Both the position numbers and the translations under genes were made by a program. Shown here piece by piece: positions 9,513 to 19,095 of a stretch of 64,000 bases of DNA (position 1 is its first letter; every line of letters begins with the position of its first letter). The notes under the pieces were generated by a model. The model ran no database searches. It was not told the origin of the DNA and saw nothing but the letters and a program-made list of their open reading frames with translations. This stretch comes from Bacteroidota bacterium (lineage in GTDB: Bacteria > Bacteroidota > Bacteroidia > Flavobacteriales > Flavobacteriaceae): assembly GCA_027592025.1 (NCBI GenBank), contig JAQCIQ010000009.1, positions 14,376 to 78,375 on the forward strand, read 5' to 3'.

Positions 9513-10466
9513 TTAAAGAATGGAATCAATAATTGTATTTTCCTTAATTCCTTCTGCTTCAGATTTATAATTTCTTATTATTCTATGACGAAGTATGGGC
9601 AAAGCTACAGCTTTGACATTTTCAATATCCGGCGAAAACTTCCCATTGATTGCAGCGTGGGTTTTGGCCGCTAGTATCAAATTTTGTGAAGCTCTTGGTC
9701 CGGCTCCCCAGTCTACATATTGATTGATGAGCGCATTTGAATTGTCTGGTCCAGGCCTAGAACTGGCAGCTAGTCTAACGGCGTATTCGACCACATTGTC
9801 GGCAACAGGAATCCGTCGCATCAGATGTTGTATTTCGGCTACCTCATTGGCTTCAAATATTGCTGAAACTGCCATTTGTCGGTCAGAAGTGGTTTGCTTA
9901 ACAATGTCTATTTCATTTTCAAAACTCGGATACTCCAAGTAAATGGCAGCCATAAATCGATCCAATTGTGCTTCAGGGAGAGGATATGTTCCTTCCTGTT
10001 CAATTGGGTTTTGGGTGGCTAAAACAAAATAAGGATTTGGCAAATCGTAGGTGTGACCTGCAACGGTCACCCTTCGCTCCTGCATGGCTTCTAGCAAAGC
10101 TGCTTGAGTTTTTGGAGGTGTCCGATTGATTTCATCGGCTAAAATGATGTTCGAAAATACCGGTCCTTTTACAAACTTGAAGTGTCGGGATTCGTCCAAA
10201 ATTTCACTTCCCAAAATGTCACTCGGCATGAGATCGGGAGTAAACTGAATTCGATTGAAATTCAGCCCCAAAGCTGATGCAACAGTTTGAACCATGAGGG
10301 TTTTTGCTAAACCAGGCACGCCAATCAGCAAGGCGTGACCTCCAGAAAACACGGTGATCAAGATTTGACTGAGAACATCGTCTTGACCTACTATGACCTT
10401 ACCGACTTCCTTCTTAAGATCGGCGTACTTTTCTAAAAATTGGCGCAGTCTTGCTGTGTCAGACAT
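9513..10466 (-). CDS. MoxR-family AAA+ ATPase
   Basis: Walker A GVPGLAKT, Walker B ILADEINR and QNPIEQEGTYPLPEAQLDRF (AAA_3/MoxR signature). Confidence 0.85.
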   Translation of the reverse strand: MSDTARLRQFLEKYADLKKEVGKVIVGQDDVLSQILITVFSGGHALLIGVPGLAKTLMVQTVASALGLNFNRIQFTPDLMPSDILGSEILDESRHFKFVKGPVFSNIILADEINRTPPKTQAALLEAMQERRVTVAGHTYDLPNPYFVLATQNPIEQEGTYPLPEAQLDRFMAAIYLEYPSFENEIDIVKQTTSDRQMAVSAIFEANEVAEIQHLMRRIPVADNVVEYAVRLAASSRPGPDNSNALINQYVDWGAGPRASQNLILAAKTHAAINGKFSPDIENVKAVALPILRHRIIRNYKSEAEGIKENTIIDSIL

Positions 10467-10469
10467 GTG

Positions 10470-11852
10470 TTAATTCTTACCGTTTTGGAACCAATCGCTG
10501 CTGAATTCACAATTCTTAAATTCTCCATTTATTTTGACGTAAGTGGCCGATATCTTGGATTTCTGCCACTTGTCAATAGCCCTAATTTGCTTATCCTGTA
10601 GAGCCAGATTCTTAATTTTTAAATAATCACGATCAAAATTGGCATCGTGTTCATCTACCCTTTGAGTAACCGTTACGATTTTGAATTTAACTGCATTGAT
10701 GCGGTCTTGATCGTTCAATACTGGACTTATTTCTCCCTCGTCTAAATTTTGAATTTGAGCGTATAATTCGGGTTCCATTTTAGCCAATTCGAAAGAATAG
10801 CTTCTGCCGAGCGGATTGCGCAATTTGCCGCCTTCATATTTGGTCTCTTTTTCATCACTCACTTCAAGAGCCGCCTCAGCAAACGTCAACTCCCCATTGA
10901 CAATTCTTTCTCTCACATTTTCGATTTTTTCTTTGGCTTCTTTTATAGCTTCTTGCGTTACTTCTGGTCTAAGTAAAATATGTCTGACATCGTACTCTTG
11001 ACCTCTGATCTTTTCGAGGTATACAATATGATAACCAAAGTCTGTTTCAAATGGATCGGATATTTCTCCTTCTTGCAACGAAAAAGCTACTTCTCTAAAT
11101 TCTTTGACCATCTGAGGTCTGTTCTTATTGAGCGTATATTTTCCTCCATTTCGTCTCGAAGGAATGTCCTCTGAATAAAGAACGGCCTTGGTCCGAAAAC
11201 TAGCTCCATTTTCGATGATGTCAGCCTTAAATTCTTTCAATCGATCTACAACCTTTTGCTTTTGCTCATCTCCAACCTTAGGAATGACAACAATTTGAGC
11301 AACTCCCAACTCAGTGCCAAATCGGGGCAAATCATTCTGAAGAACTGTTTTGAAATAGGTACTGACCTCATCAGGGGTTATTTCGATGGGATCAATAATG
11401 GCCTCATACATTTTTCGTGCAAGTGCAACATTTTTTTTCACTTCAAACATTTCGGTACGCAGCTCCTGTTCACTATTTTTCTTATAAAATTCCACCAACT
11501 TTTCCATAGAACCAATTTGCTCTGCGAACGAATTGACCTGCATGTCTACCTCTGAGAGAATATCACCAGTGCTAATTTCTAAACTGTCCTGAATGGCATG
11601 ATGGATGTAGAGTTTTTCTTCCAGCAATTTACCAAGCATTTGACACCTATCAATGCCCTCTGTATCCTTGCCATCTGCCTGAAGAATCAGATACTGGCGA
11701 TCAATATCAGAATCCAAAACCACAAAATCGCCAATTACGGCAGCAACACCGTCAATTTTTTGGCGTTGAGAATTGGCTGTTGGAGGTGTTTGGCCAAAGA
11801 TCAATTGCATGGCGCAAAACAAAATGGGTGTGAGTGATAGTGATTTATTCAT
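10470..11852 (-). CDS. SurA-like periplasmic peptidyl-prolyl isomerase (parvulin type)
   Basis: Signal peptide MNKSLSLTPILFCAMQLIFGQ and rotamase signature DFGYHIVYLEKIRG. The ATG at 11852 overlaps the upstream stop by 8 nt (TATGAATAA). Confidence 0.75.
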   Translation of the reverse strand: MNKSLSLTPILFCAMQLIFGQTPPTANSQRQKIDGVAAVIGDFVVLDSDIDRQYLILQADGKDTEGIDRCQMLGKLLEEKLYIHHAIQDSLEISTGDILSEVDMQVNSFAEQIGSMEKLVEFYKKNSEQELRTEMFEVKKNVALARKMYEAIIDPIEITPDEVSTYFKTVLQNDLPRFGTELGVAQIVVIPKVGDEQKQKVVDRLKEFKADIIENGASFRTKAVLYSEDIPSRRNGGKYTLNKNRPQMVKEFREVAFSLQEGEISDPFETDFGYHIVYLEKIRGQEYDVRHILLRPEVTQEAIKEAKEKIENVRERIVNGELTFAEAALEVSDEKETKYEGGKLRNPLGRSYSFELAKMEPELYAQIQNLDEGEISPVLNDQDRINAVKFKIVTVTQRVDEHDANFDRDYLKIKNLALQDKQIRAIDKWQKSKISATYVKINGEFKNCEFSSDWFQNGKN

Positions 11853-12708
11853 AAACTTCGAATGTTCTATTGTTGAGTGCATCTTTGATAACATCTTTTT
11901 TTAGCTCAGAAACAAGATTTAACTTCCTTTGGTTGAGTACGATTTGCCTAACTGTAGGCATAACATAAGACAATGGTGCTATTTCGTTTCGAGCTAAAAC
12001 GGCATTAACTTGCACCAAATATAGGTCGATTGAATCTTGAAGTTGCACAAAATTAGGTTTTTTTAACACATCCATACGATCTCGATCGCGCAGAATGGAA
12101 ATACTTTGAATGACCTCTTCACTTCTGACCCACACAGAGTCATTGAGGAAAAAGGATTTGAATTGAATTGAAATCGAATCTAAATAGGCCTGATCACCTG
12201 AATTGAACCTTGAAAATCGCCTTTTCACTTCTCTCATGCCTTCATAATCGGCCTTGAGTTTGATATACCTCAGTTTAATCAAGGCTTCGTTCAAGACAAA
12301 ACTCGACTTATTGTCTTCGTATACTTTTCGGGCTTGCTCGGTGGTCACAATGGTATCCATTTCTCGAGCTACCAAGGCCTCGATGTAGGCATTCATATAC
12401 AAGTCTGTTCTGTATTGTTCGACTAGCAACTCCAAATCTTGTTGTGTGTTTTCTTCTAAATTGTATTTAGAGAAGTTAAAAAGTAATTTGTCGACTGCCC
12501 AATTGTTAATGAACTGAGAATACCACTGCAGGCTGTCTTCTTTCGAAAGACCTTTCGGATATATCGACTCCGCATCAGACTTTAGCAACACCTCACTTTT
12601 GACTCTGGCCAAAACATTGGCCTCGTCTTCTTCTCCCACGTCTTGGCAAGACCAAGTGCTGAGCATAGAAACGAGACAACTAAAAACTATCAATGGATTG
12701 TATTTCAT
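11845..12708 (-). CDS. Hypothetical lipoprotein (chaperone-like, no rotamase signature seen)
   Basis: MKYNPLIVFSCLVSMLSTWSC|QD is lipoprotein-like. The ATG at 12708 forms a 4-nt overlap with the upstream stop. The gene sits between two parvulin genes. Confidence 0.5.
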   Translation of the reverse strand: MKYNPLIVFSCLVSMLSTWSCQDVGEEDEANVLARVKSEVLLKSDAESIYPKGLSKEDSLQWYSQFINNWAVDKLLFNFSKYNLEENTQQDLELLVEQYRTDLYMNAYIEALVAREMDTIVTTEQARKVYEDNKSSFVLNEALIKLRYIKLKADYEGMREVKRRFSRFNSGDQAYLDSISIQFKSFFLNDSVWVRSEEVIQSISILRDRDRMDVLKKPNFVQLQDSIDLYLVQVNAVLARNEIAPLSYVMPTVRQIVLNQRKLNLVSELKKDVIKDALNNRTFEVYE

Positions 12709-14303
12709 TTCTTGGTCTGGCTTAAAAGTTCTTGTTTCAAGGCATCCCATGCCAAGGTATTGATTTCAATCTTGTGTTTTTGTTTCAAAGAATTGACCCA
12801 GGTTTGCTCCAGAGTTTCTTGAAATTTGACAACGTCCTCATTTTGATCTGGATATTTGCTCCATACATTTTGTTGCATGACATCAAACAAAAGTAAACCC
12901 TCGCGATATTCATTAAGCAGAAATCTAAACTCAGGAAAACGCTCTGACAATTCCGATTGGTATTTGTTGTACATCGTGTTATTGACGAAATTCTTAAAAG
13001 CATCGGCCAGCATACCATCCAATGACCACGAAGAGTCATAACGTTTTTTTCCGTCGGTGAGATAATTGACAAAATTGACTAGGTAAATTTTTTGACCATT
13101 CAATACAAACAAAACAGCATCTTGAGGCATGTCGATTGGCGGTTGCCAACTTTGATCAAAATAGGTTTTGTCAATGATTTTCAACAAATAATCTTTTTGT
13201 GGGTTGTAATAAGTCACTTGGTACAGTTTGGCCAACTTATTGAAAAAGGCCTGATTGATCTTTTGAGAACGGCCGTCGCGTTGGATGCGCTTTTCAAGAT
13301 CAACTTTAGCTAATTCAAAAGGTTCCATTATTTTTATATCCAGTAGTTGGACAATATGCCAGCCAAACTCTGTTTGGAAAGGCGCTGTAAACGCTCCAAT
13401 CTCTTTCAGTGACAAACACTTGGATTCAAAGATTTCTGACGCCAATTGTCCTCGTCTGAAATAATTTAATCGACCTCCCTTTCCTACAGTCTGTGGGTCG
13501 TCAGAATACTTCTTAGCCAAAGCCGAAAAATCGGCACCATTTAGCAGTTCTTGATAGAGTTTGTTAATCTGCTTTTCTGAAGGAATAGTGTCTTTAGGCT
13601 GATCCGCCAGCATGATATGAGCCACTTGAATTTCTCCATCGCTTTTAACGCGATCTAAAACCTTCAACACGTGATGTCCGTACTTGGTTTTAAATGGATT
13701 TGACAGAGAGCCAACAGGGGTGTTGAAAGCCACCGTTTCAAAATCGTAATCCATATTGAAGGCGGTGAAATAACCTAAATTTTCTACAAAAACTGTTTTG
13801 CCATTGTGATATTTTTCCCGCATTTCCTCGAACGGCAATTTGCCGAGTAATTTCCCTAACCGGTTTGCTTCGGTAATCTCCTGAACACTGTCATTCAAGC
13901 GCACCAAAACATGAATAGCTTTGACGTCATATTGCAGCCTATTATAAGCTTCTAACAACAAAGAGTTGCTGATCGTTTGATCTGACAAGTAGTTGCGCTC
14001 AAGTTTTGTTTTGTATCCTCTTAACTCCCTTTGAAAAGAGGCGTCGGTGTCCATGCCCTGTTCAATAGCTTCAGCAACTTTGAGCTTAAACGACACAAAT
14101 AATTCCATATACTGGTCTAAATCTAATTCAGATTCTATTTTGTTTAATTCGGAATTTTTATTAAACATCCACAAGAACTCATCAGACTTAATATACTGAT
14201 TATCAATAGTTAATACAGTGTCATTAACTTTTGATTGAGCAGTAGAAATTAGAGGCAGCAGCAGTCCTAGAAACAACAAAAAAATGGGACAGTGTTTTTT
14301 CAT
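12705..14303 (-). CDS. Periplasmic peptidyl-prolyl isomerase (PpiC/parvulin type)
   Basis: Signal peptide MKKHCPIFLLFLGLLLPLISTAQ and two rotamase signatures, KYGHHVLKVL and EFGWHIVQLLD. Confidence 0.75.
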   Translation of the reverse strand: MKKHCPIFLLFLGLLLPLISTAQSKVNDTVLTIDNQYIKSDEFLWMFNKNSELNKIESELDLDQYMELFVSFKLKVAEAIEQGMDTDASFQRELRGYKTKLERNYLSDQTISNSLLLEAYNRLQYDVKAIHVLVRLNDSVQEITEANRLGKLLGKLPFEEMREKYHNGKTVFVENLGYFTAFNMDYDFETVAFNTPVGSLSNPFKTKYGHHVLKVLDRVKSDGEIQVAHIMLADQPKDTIPSEKQINKLYQELLNGADFSALAKKYSDDPQTVGKGGRLNYFRRGQLASEIFESKCLSLKEIGAFTAPFQTEFGWHIVQLLDIKIMEPFELAKVDLEKRIQRDGRSQKINQAFFNKLAKLYQVTYYNPQKDYLLKIIDKTYFDQSWQPPIDMPQDAVLFVLNGQKIYLVNFVNYLTDGKKRYDSSWSLDGMLADAFKNFVNNTMYNKYQSELSERFPEFRFLLNEYREGLLLFDVMQQNVWSKYPDQNEDVVKFQETLEQTWVNSLKQKHKIEINTLAWDALKQELLSQTKK

Positions 14304-14332
14304 AACTCCAATTTAGTGAAGGGTAAAATTAA

Positions 14333-14340
14333 CAAAATTA
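14333..14340 (-). promoter_or_regulatory. Candidate -7 promoter box for the PPIase-MoxR operon
   Basis: Minus-strand TAATTTTG, 29 nt upstream of the ATG at 14303. Confidence 0.4.
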
Positions 14341-14378
14341 GCTCGAAATGAATCCTGAAAAATCGGGCAACAGTCAAA

Positions 14379-15854
14379 CTATCGTCGCGAGTAATTCGGA
14401 GCTTCTTTGGTAATGGTGACATTGTGAGGATGGCTTTCAATTATACCAGAATTGGTGATTTTGACAAACCGTCCCTTTTCTTGTAAGGTAGATACATCTT
14501 TTGCGCCGCAATATCCCATACTCGCTCTCAGCCCACCTATGAACTGGTGCACCGTTTCAATCAAATCGCCTTTATAAGGCACTCTTCCAACAATTCCTTC
14601 TGGAACAAGCTTTCTGAGATCATCTTCCATGTCCTGAAAATATCGGTCTTTACTGCCTTCCTTCATGGCTTCGACGCTTCCCATGCCTCTGTAGGATTTA
14701 AAGCGTCTGCCTTCAAAAATAATGGTCTCTCCTGGCGATTCTTTTGTTCCAGCCAACATGCTGCCTAGCATGACACTGTCGGCTCCTGCTGCAATGGCTT
14801 TTGGAATATCGCCAGTGTATCGAATTCCTCCATCGGCTATTACAGGAACACCTGTGCCTTTGAGTGCTTCGGCAACTTCCATGATTGCGGACAGTTGAGG
14901 GAATCCAACTCCAGCTACAATTCTGGTGGTACAAATTGAACCTGGTCCTATTCCAACCTTTACAGCGTCAGCTCCAGCATCAGCCAAGTATTTTGCAGCT
15001 TCACCTGTGGCAATATTTCCTACCACAACATCAATGTGAGGAAATTCCGACTTAATGGCCTTTAACATTTTTACCACTCCTGCTGAATGTCCGTGGGCAG
15101 TGTCGATTACTAATGCATCTACACCAGCAGCTACTAGAGCGGAAACTCGATCCATACCATCTAAAGACACGCCTACCGCTGCCGCAACTCTAAGTCTGCC
15201 AAAGTGATCCTTATTGGCAATTGGCTTCTGAGTCAATTTTGTGATGTCTCTAAAGGTAATCAGCCCAACTAAAACATTATTCCCGTCAACTACAGGAAGC
15301 TTTTCAATTTTATTTTGCTGCAGAATGCCTTCCGCATCTTTGAGAGAAGTACCTGCACTAACTGTTACCAGATTTTTACTTGTCATCACCTCAGTGATCG
15401 GACGGTTATCATTGCGCTCAAATCGCAAATCTCGGTTTGTAACAATACCCTTAAGTTTACCTTGGTCATCGACAACTGGAATGCCTCCAATGCTAAATTC
15501 TGCCATATTTTGCTTGGCATCTCGAACAACTGAATCCATGGGCAAAGTGACAGGATCCATGATCATTCCACTCTCCGCACGCTTCACTTTTCGAACTTTT
15601 AAGGCTTGCTCCTCAATGCTCATGTTTTTGTGAAGGACGCCAATCCCACCTTCCTGAGCCATGGCAATAGCCATTTTGCTTTCTGTAACCGTATCCATTG
15701 CCGCAGAAACGATAGGGATATTCAGTGAAATATTTCTCGTTAGCTTAGACTTTACATCGACGTCACGGGGCAGAACTTCGGAATAGTTTGGTACCAAAAG
15801 GACGTCGTCGTAAGTCAACCCTTCGCCTAAAATTTTATTTGAATGTGAAGTCAT
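14379..15854 (-). CDS. guaB: IMP dehydrogenase
   Basis: Catalytic loop [11 protein letters not shown] and an inserted CBS pair, 491 aa. Confidence 0.95.
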   Translation of the reverse strand: MTSHSNKILGEGLTYDDVLLVPNYSEVLPRDVDVKSKLTRNISLNIPIVSAAMDTVTESKMAIAMAQEGGIGVLHKNMSIEEQALKVRKVKRAESGMIMDPVTLPMDSVVRDAKQNMAEFSIGGIPVVDDQGKLKGIVTNRDLRFERNDNRPITEVMTSKNLVTVSAGTSLKDAEGILQQNKIEKLPVVDGNNVLVGLITFRDITKLTQKPIANKDHFGRLRVAAAVGVSLDGMDRVSALVAAGVDALVIDTAHGHSAGVVKMLKAIKSEFPHIDVVVGNIATGEAAKYLADAGADAVKVGIGPGSICTTRIVAGVGFPQLSAIMEVAEALKGTGVPVIADGGIRYTGDIPKAIAAGADSVMLGSMLAGTKESPGETIIFEGRRFKSYRGMGSVEAMKEGSKDRYFQDMEDDLRKLVPEGIVGRVPYKGDLIETVHQFIGGLRASMGYCGAKDVSTLQEKGRFVKITNSGIIESHPHNVTITKEAPNYSRR

Positions 15855-15930
15855 TGCAATTAGATTTAATTGCCTGCGAATTTACGACATTTCGTTGGTT
15901 TGGCTGCTATACTAATAAACAAACTGCTTC

Positions 15931-16434
15931 TTACTTTTCGATTTTATCACTAAAACCCATTTCTATGAGAATCAGAATAACTGAAGTGGCATAAGTAATT
16001 GTCATTAAAAACCCAGAAAAAGCAACAATGTAGCTGAACCAATTTACCCCAAGCCACATAACAAAGAGTCCTCCGAAGGTCACAGCTACTGAGACAAAGG
16101 GCTCAATAACCAAGAACAATTTGAATTTATTAGGAAGACCTGTCAAACTAACTAAGAGTCCCACAATACCAAAAACTAAGGCTAAAGACATGGTGTGGGT
16201 GTGAATGATGGTAAGCATTTCGCGCTCGCTTTTTTTAAATTTCATTTCCATTACCGCTCCATCTTCGTTCTCATTACCTAGATATTGAGACTCAATACCG
16301 CTGGGAGTAGCATTAGTAGTATTGGAAACAAACCCCAAGCCAGTAAAAAACCCAATGCTAAGAATTATCAGAAAAGACACCAAAAGAGCCTTTTGAACAG
16401 TTGGCAGTGATTTCAGTTTGTTTTCTGTCCTCAT
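15931..16434 (-). CDS. Small integral membrane protein (~4 TM), family unknown
   Basis: Hydrophobic spans LLVSFLIILSIGFFTGLGFV, SLALVFGIVGLLVSL, FVSVAVTFGGLFVMWLG and IVAFSGFLMTITYATSVILILI. The start overlaps the upstream stop as ATGA. Confidence 0.6.
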   Translation of the reverse strand: MRTENKLKSLPTVQKALLVSFLIILSIGFFTGLGFVSNTTNATPSGIESQYLGNENEDGAVMEMKFKKSEREMLTIIHTHTMSLALVFGIVGLLVSLTGLPNKFKLFLVIEPFVSVAVTFGGLFVMWLGVNWFSYIVAFSGFLMTITYATSVILILIEMGFSDKIEK

Positions 16435-16961
16435 AAAATATCATTTAGTTTTAGCACATTGACGGCTTTTAAAACCAGGTTAACCATTTCTGTCATGGAC
16501 CTCACCGAAATGGTCGCTCCCGAAATGGCCGCAATATTTTTTCCAACCACAAATTCACTGTCTGCTGCGCTTCCATTAAACTGCTTGAGCCAACGCTTGC
16601 TGGCAATTTCTCCCCCATAATCCTCTCTGTACTGCAATACTTTGACAGATTTGACCATGAGGTTGGTGTCAAATAAAATTGCAAAATCGTACACGTCAGT
16701 CTTGCTTGGTCCTTGGCCTACATAAACGAAACCAATTGGTTTTGAGGAAGATTCAATTTTGTACAAATTAGAGAGCCGAAACGCATTTGGAAGATTGACT
16801 CTAGTCGCATCCGGACCTTTAACCTCCTCTATTTCATAAGTTTGAACTGAAAAATTGTCTAAAACAAGGGGCCTTAATTTCTTTTCCAAATTAGACGGAG
16901 GTGCCGTTACACCCAACAATAATAAGCTAGAGAATATGGCCAGATGCTGTGTTCTTCTCAT
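16431..16961 (-). CDS. Secreted FMN-binding domain protein
   Basis: Signal peptide MRRTQHLAIFSSLLLLGVTA. VLQYREDYGGEIASKRWLKQFNG...NIAAISGATISVRSM matches the FMN_bind pattern of NqrC/RnfG. The ATG at 16961 is preferred over the track's TTG at 16976. Confidence 0.7.
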   Translation of the reverse strand: MRRTQHLAIFSSLLLLGVTAPPSNLEKKLRPLVLDNFSVQTYEIEEVKGPDATRVNLPNAFRLSNLYKIESSSKPIGFVYVGQGPSKTDVYDFAILFDTNLMVKSVKVLQYREDYGGEIASKRWLKQFNGSAADSEFVVGKNIAAISGATISVRSMTEMVNLVLKAVNVLKLNDIL

Positions 16962-16966
16962 GTTTT

Positions 16967-18127
16967 TCAATACCAAAATCCTACTCCCATATTGAACTGT
17001 CCATAACTGTCATTCGCCGCATTCCAATGGCGCTGGTAATCTGTTTTGAAAACAACACCCTGAGTCAAAGCCAAACCAAAGCCTGAAGTTACCGAATTGC
17101 GGTGATAAGCACCGTTTTTCAGTTGATTGATTACTGCAGCATGCGTATCCACATTCTCATATCTTGAGAATAGCGTTAAACTTCGGTTATTTCCAAAATC
17201 TAATATCTTGAAACTGCCTTCCAAATACCACCCATACATTTTGGAACCCAAATCACTGTCGTATAAATCGTTATAACTTGAGGTATTGGACAATCGGGCA
17301 TGAATGTACTGTCCTCGTGCAGCGAATGAACCATTTGAATACCGAGCGTCTAATCCCACCATGTTCACTCCTACATTCTCCACATCTAGATCTGTCTTTT
17401 CTAAGTCAGATTGTGTTTGCCCAACATAATATGACAACCCCACTCTCAGATTACGCAAGCCATAATAATCGAGTTTGACAGAAAAATTCGGACTGTTGAT
17501 AATGGATTTGCCACCTTTCTGACGACCGTTTCGAAGTCCATTTTCGCCATTCAAAACTTTGCCTTCATTCTCTGAGGCAAAACCATTAACAATATAGGCC
17601 TGATACCTCATACTGAGATTGTCGAATCTTCCCGCAATTCCTGCTCCTATTTCCCGCCAAGTGGTCGGGACCAAATAGGTGTCACCGATAGGACGACTAA
17701 CGCCATTGAAAGTAGTTGGCTCGTGATATTCGTTAATAATTCCCATTGGGACGAGCAGCAGTCCAGCGCGCAAATTAAGGGCGTCTGATACATTGTAATT
17801 TACAAATGCCTGCTCTACATACAGTTCTGTAGTATGTTCCATTTCAATTTCGGTAATGAACTGTACCCTTTCATCAAATCGATATCCTAACAACAAGACC
17901 ATCCTGTGAACATCTAACAAGCCATTCTGATCTTGAGGTTTCAAATATTCGACTTCCCCGTACATTCCGATTGTTAAAGAATTTTGAGCTGATGCAGTAA
18001 GCAAAGTTTGAGCAGCGTTATTTTGAACATACGGAATAGAATCGCTAGCAATACGAACAATTTGGGCAAACCCGCATGTTGGCAGTAACAACATTAGAAA
18101 GCTCGTACAAATAAGCTTAAAATTCAT
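16967..18127 (-). CDS. Outer-membrane beta-barrel, porin-like
   Basis: Signal peptide MNFKLICTSFLMLLLPTCGFAQ, alternating-hydrophobic strands throughout and C-terminal GVGFWY. The ATG at 18127 is used because the track's TTG at 18166 lies inside the promoter box. Confidence 0.6.
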   Translation of the reverse strand: MNFKLICTSFLMLLLPTCGFAQIVRIASDSIPYVQNNAAQTLLTASAQNSLTIGMYGEVEYLKPQDQNGLLDVHRMVLLLGYRFDERVQFITEIEMEHTTELYVEQAFVNYNVSDALNLRAGLLLVPMGIINEYHEPTTFNGVSRPIGDTYLVPTTWREIGAGIAGRFDNLSMRYQAYIVNGFASENEGKVLNGENGLRNGRQKGGKSIINSPNFSVKLDYYGLRNLRVGLSYYVGQTQSDLEKTDLDVENVGVNMVGLDARYSNGSFAARGQYIHARLSNTSSYNDLYDSDLGSKMYGWYLEGSFKILDFGNNRSLTLFSRYENVDTHAAVINQLKNGAYHRNSVTSGFGLALTQGVVFKTDYQRHWNAANDSYGQFNMGVGFWY

Positions 18128-18163
18128 AAATAAGCACTTAAAATTGGTTGAATTAAAGAGGCC

Positions 18164-18171
18164 CAAAAATA
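18164..18171 (-). promoter_or_regulatory. Candidate -7 promoter box for the porin / FMN-binding / 4-TM operon
   Basis: Minus-strand TATTTTTG, 36 nt upstream of the ATG at 18127. Very AT-rich DNA lies further upstream, to 18234. Confidence 0.45.
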
Positions 18172-18234
18172 GTGCAGATAATTATACCATCCAACTTATT
18201 TAGAATTAATTTAAATAAAAATAAGAAAAAATTA

Positions 18235-19095
18235 TCAACTGCTTTTGAACAATTCGAGCGCCGCGTTGTAAGCTCTTTCGAAATGGAAGGTATTCAAATT
18301 GAGGTCAATCTTTTGAGAACTGAAAAAAGAAAATAGTCGTTCTGTAGGCATATTGCCAGTCAGCTCATCGAGAGCCATTGGGCATCCACCGAAACCGCGA
18401 ATTGCACCATCAAAGCGAAGACAACCTGAATCATAAGCGGCCTGAACTTTTTCGTACCACTGATTGGGCAGGGTATGGAAATGAGCGCCAAACTCAATAT
18501 GAGAGTAAATTGGAATCAATCTTTGGTACAATTGAGAAATATCATCTGACTTTGCTACTCCAATGGTGTCGCTGAGAGAAATGATCTTTACCCCCATTTT
18601 GCTCAACATATCAACCCATTTTTCAACGATTTCTGTACTCCAAAAATCTCCATAAGGGTTGCCAAATCCCATGGACAAATAAACTACCACTTCTTTGCCA
18701 GTTTGATCGGCCAATTCCAAAATTTGCATCAAAACCTCTATTGATTCTTGAATAGATTTGTGCGTATTTCTCATTTGAAAATTCTCAGAAATCGAGAATG
18801 GGAATCCCAAATAATCTACCACTTCAAATTGAGAGGCTTCGACAGCACCTCTAAGATTAGCAACAATCACCAAAAACTTGCTGTCGGTAGGGAGGGTTTC
18901 CACGGCTCTTAGGATTTCTTTAGTATCCGCCATTTGAGGGATTGATTTGACTGAAACAAAACTCCCGATGTCAATGGTGTGGAACCCAACAGGCAGAAGA
19001 CTTTTGATGTAGGCCAATTTGTCTTGTGTAGGAATAAAGCTGCGAACGCCTTGCATGGCATCTCTAGGACATTCTATGATTTTTACTGACCCCAT
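18235..19095 (-). CDS. Hydroxymethylglutaryl-CoA lyase
   Basis: HMGL-like TIM-barrel pattern: [31 protein letters not shown]. It overlaps the pyrD stop by 13 nt. Confidence 0.8.
   Translation of the reverse strand: MGSVKIIECPRDAMQGVRSFIPTQDKLAYIKSLLPVGFHTIDIGSFVSVKSIPQMADTKEILRAVETLPTDSKFLVIVANLRGAVEASQFEVVDYLGFPFSISENFQMRNTHKSIQESIEVLMQILELADQTGKEVVVYLSMGFGNPYGDFWSTEIVEKWVDMLSKMGVKIISLSDTIGVAKSDDISQLYQRLIPIYSHIEFGAHFHTLPNQWYEKVQAAYDSGCLRFDGAIRGFGGCPMALDELTGNMPTERLFSFFSSQKIDLNLNTFHFERAYNAALELFKSS

Noticed and set aside
9513-10466. MoxR as part of an aerotolerance (Bat) or defence-type module.
   Set aside because: No DUF58, VWA, TPR or nuclease partners are adjacent. Only the PPIase operon context is visible.
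15856-15873. A short hairpin (GCAATTA-GATT-TAATTGC) between the 4-TM gene and guaB, considered as a terminator.
   Set aside because: It is a 7-bp AT-rich stem with no following T/U tract on the transcribed (minus) strand, and it lies just upstream of the guaB start codon. The evidence is not convincing.
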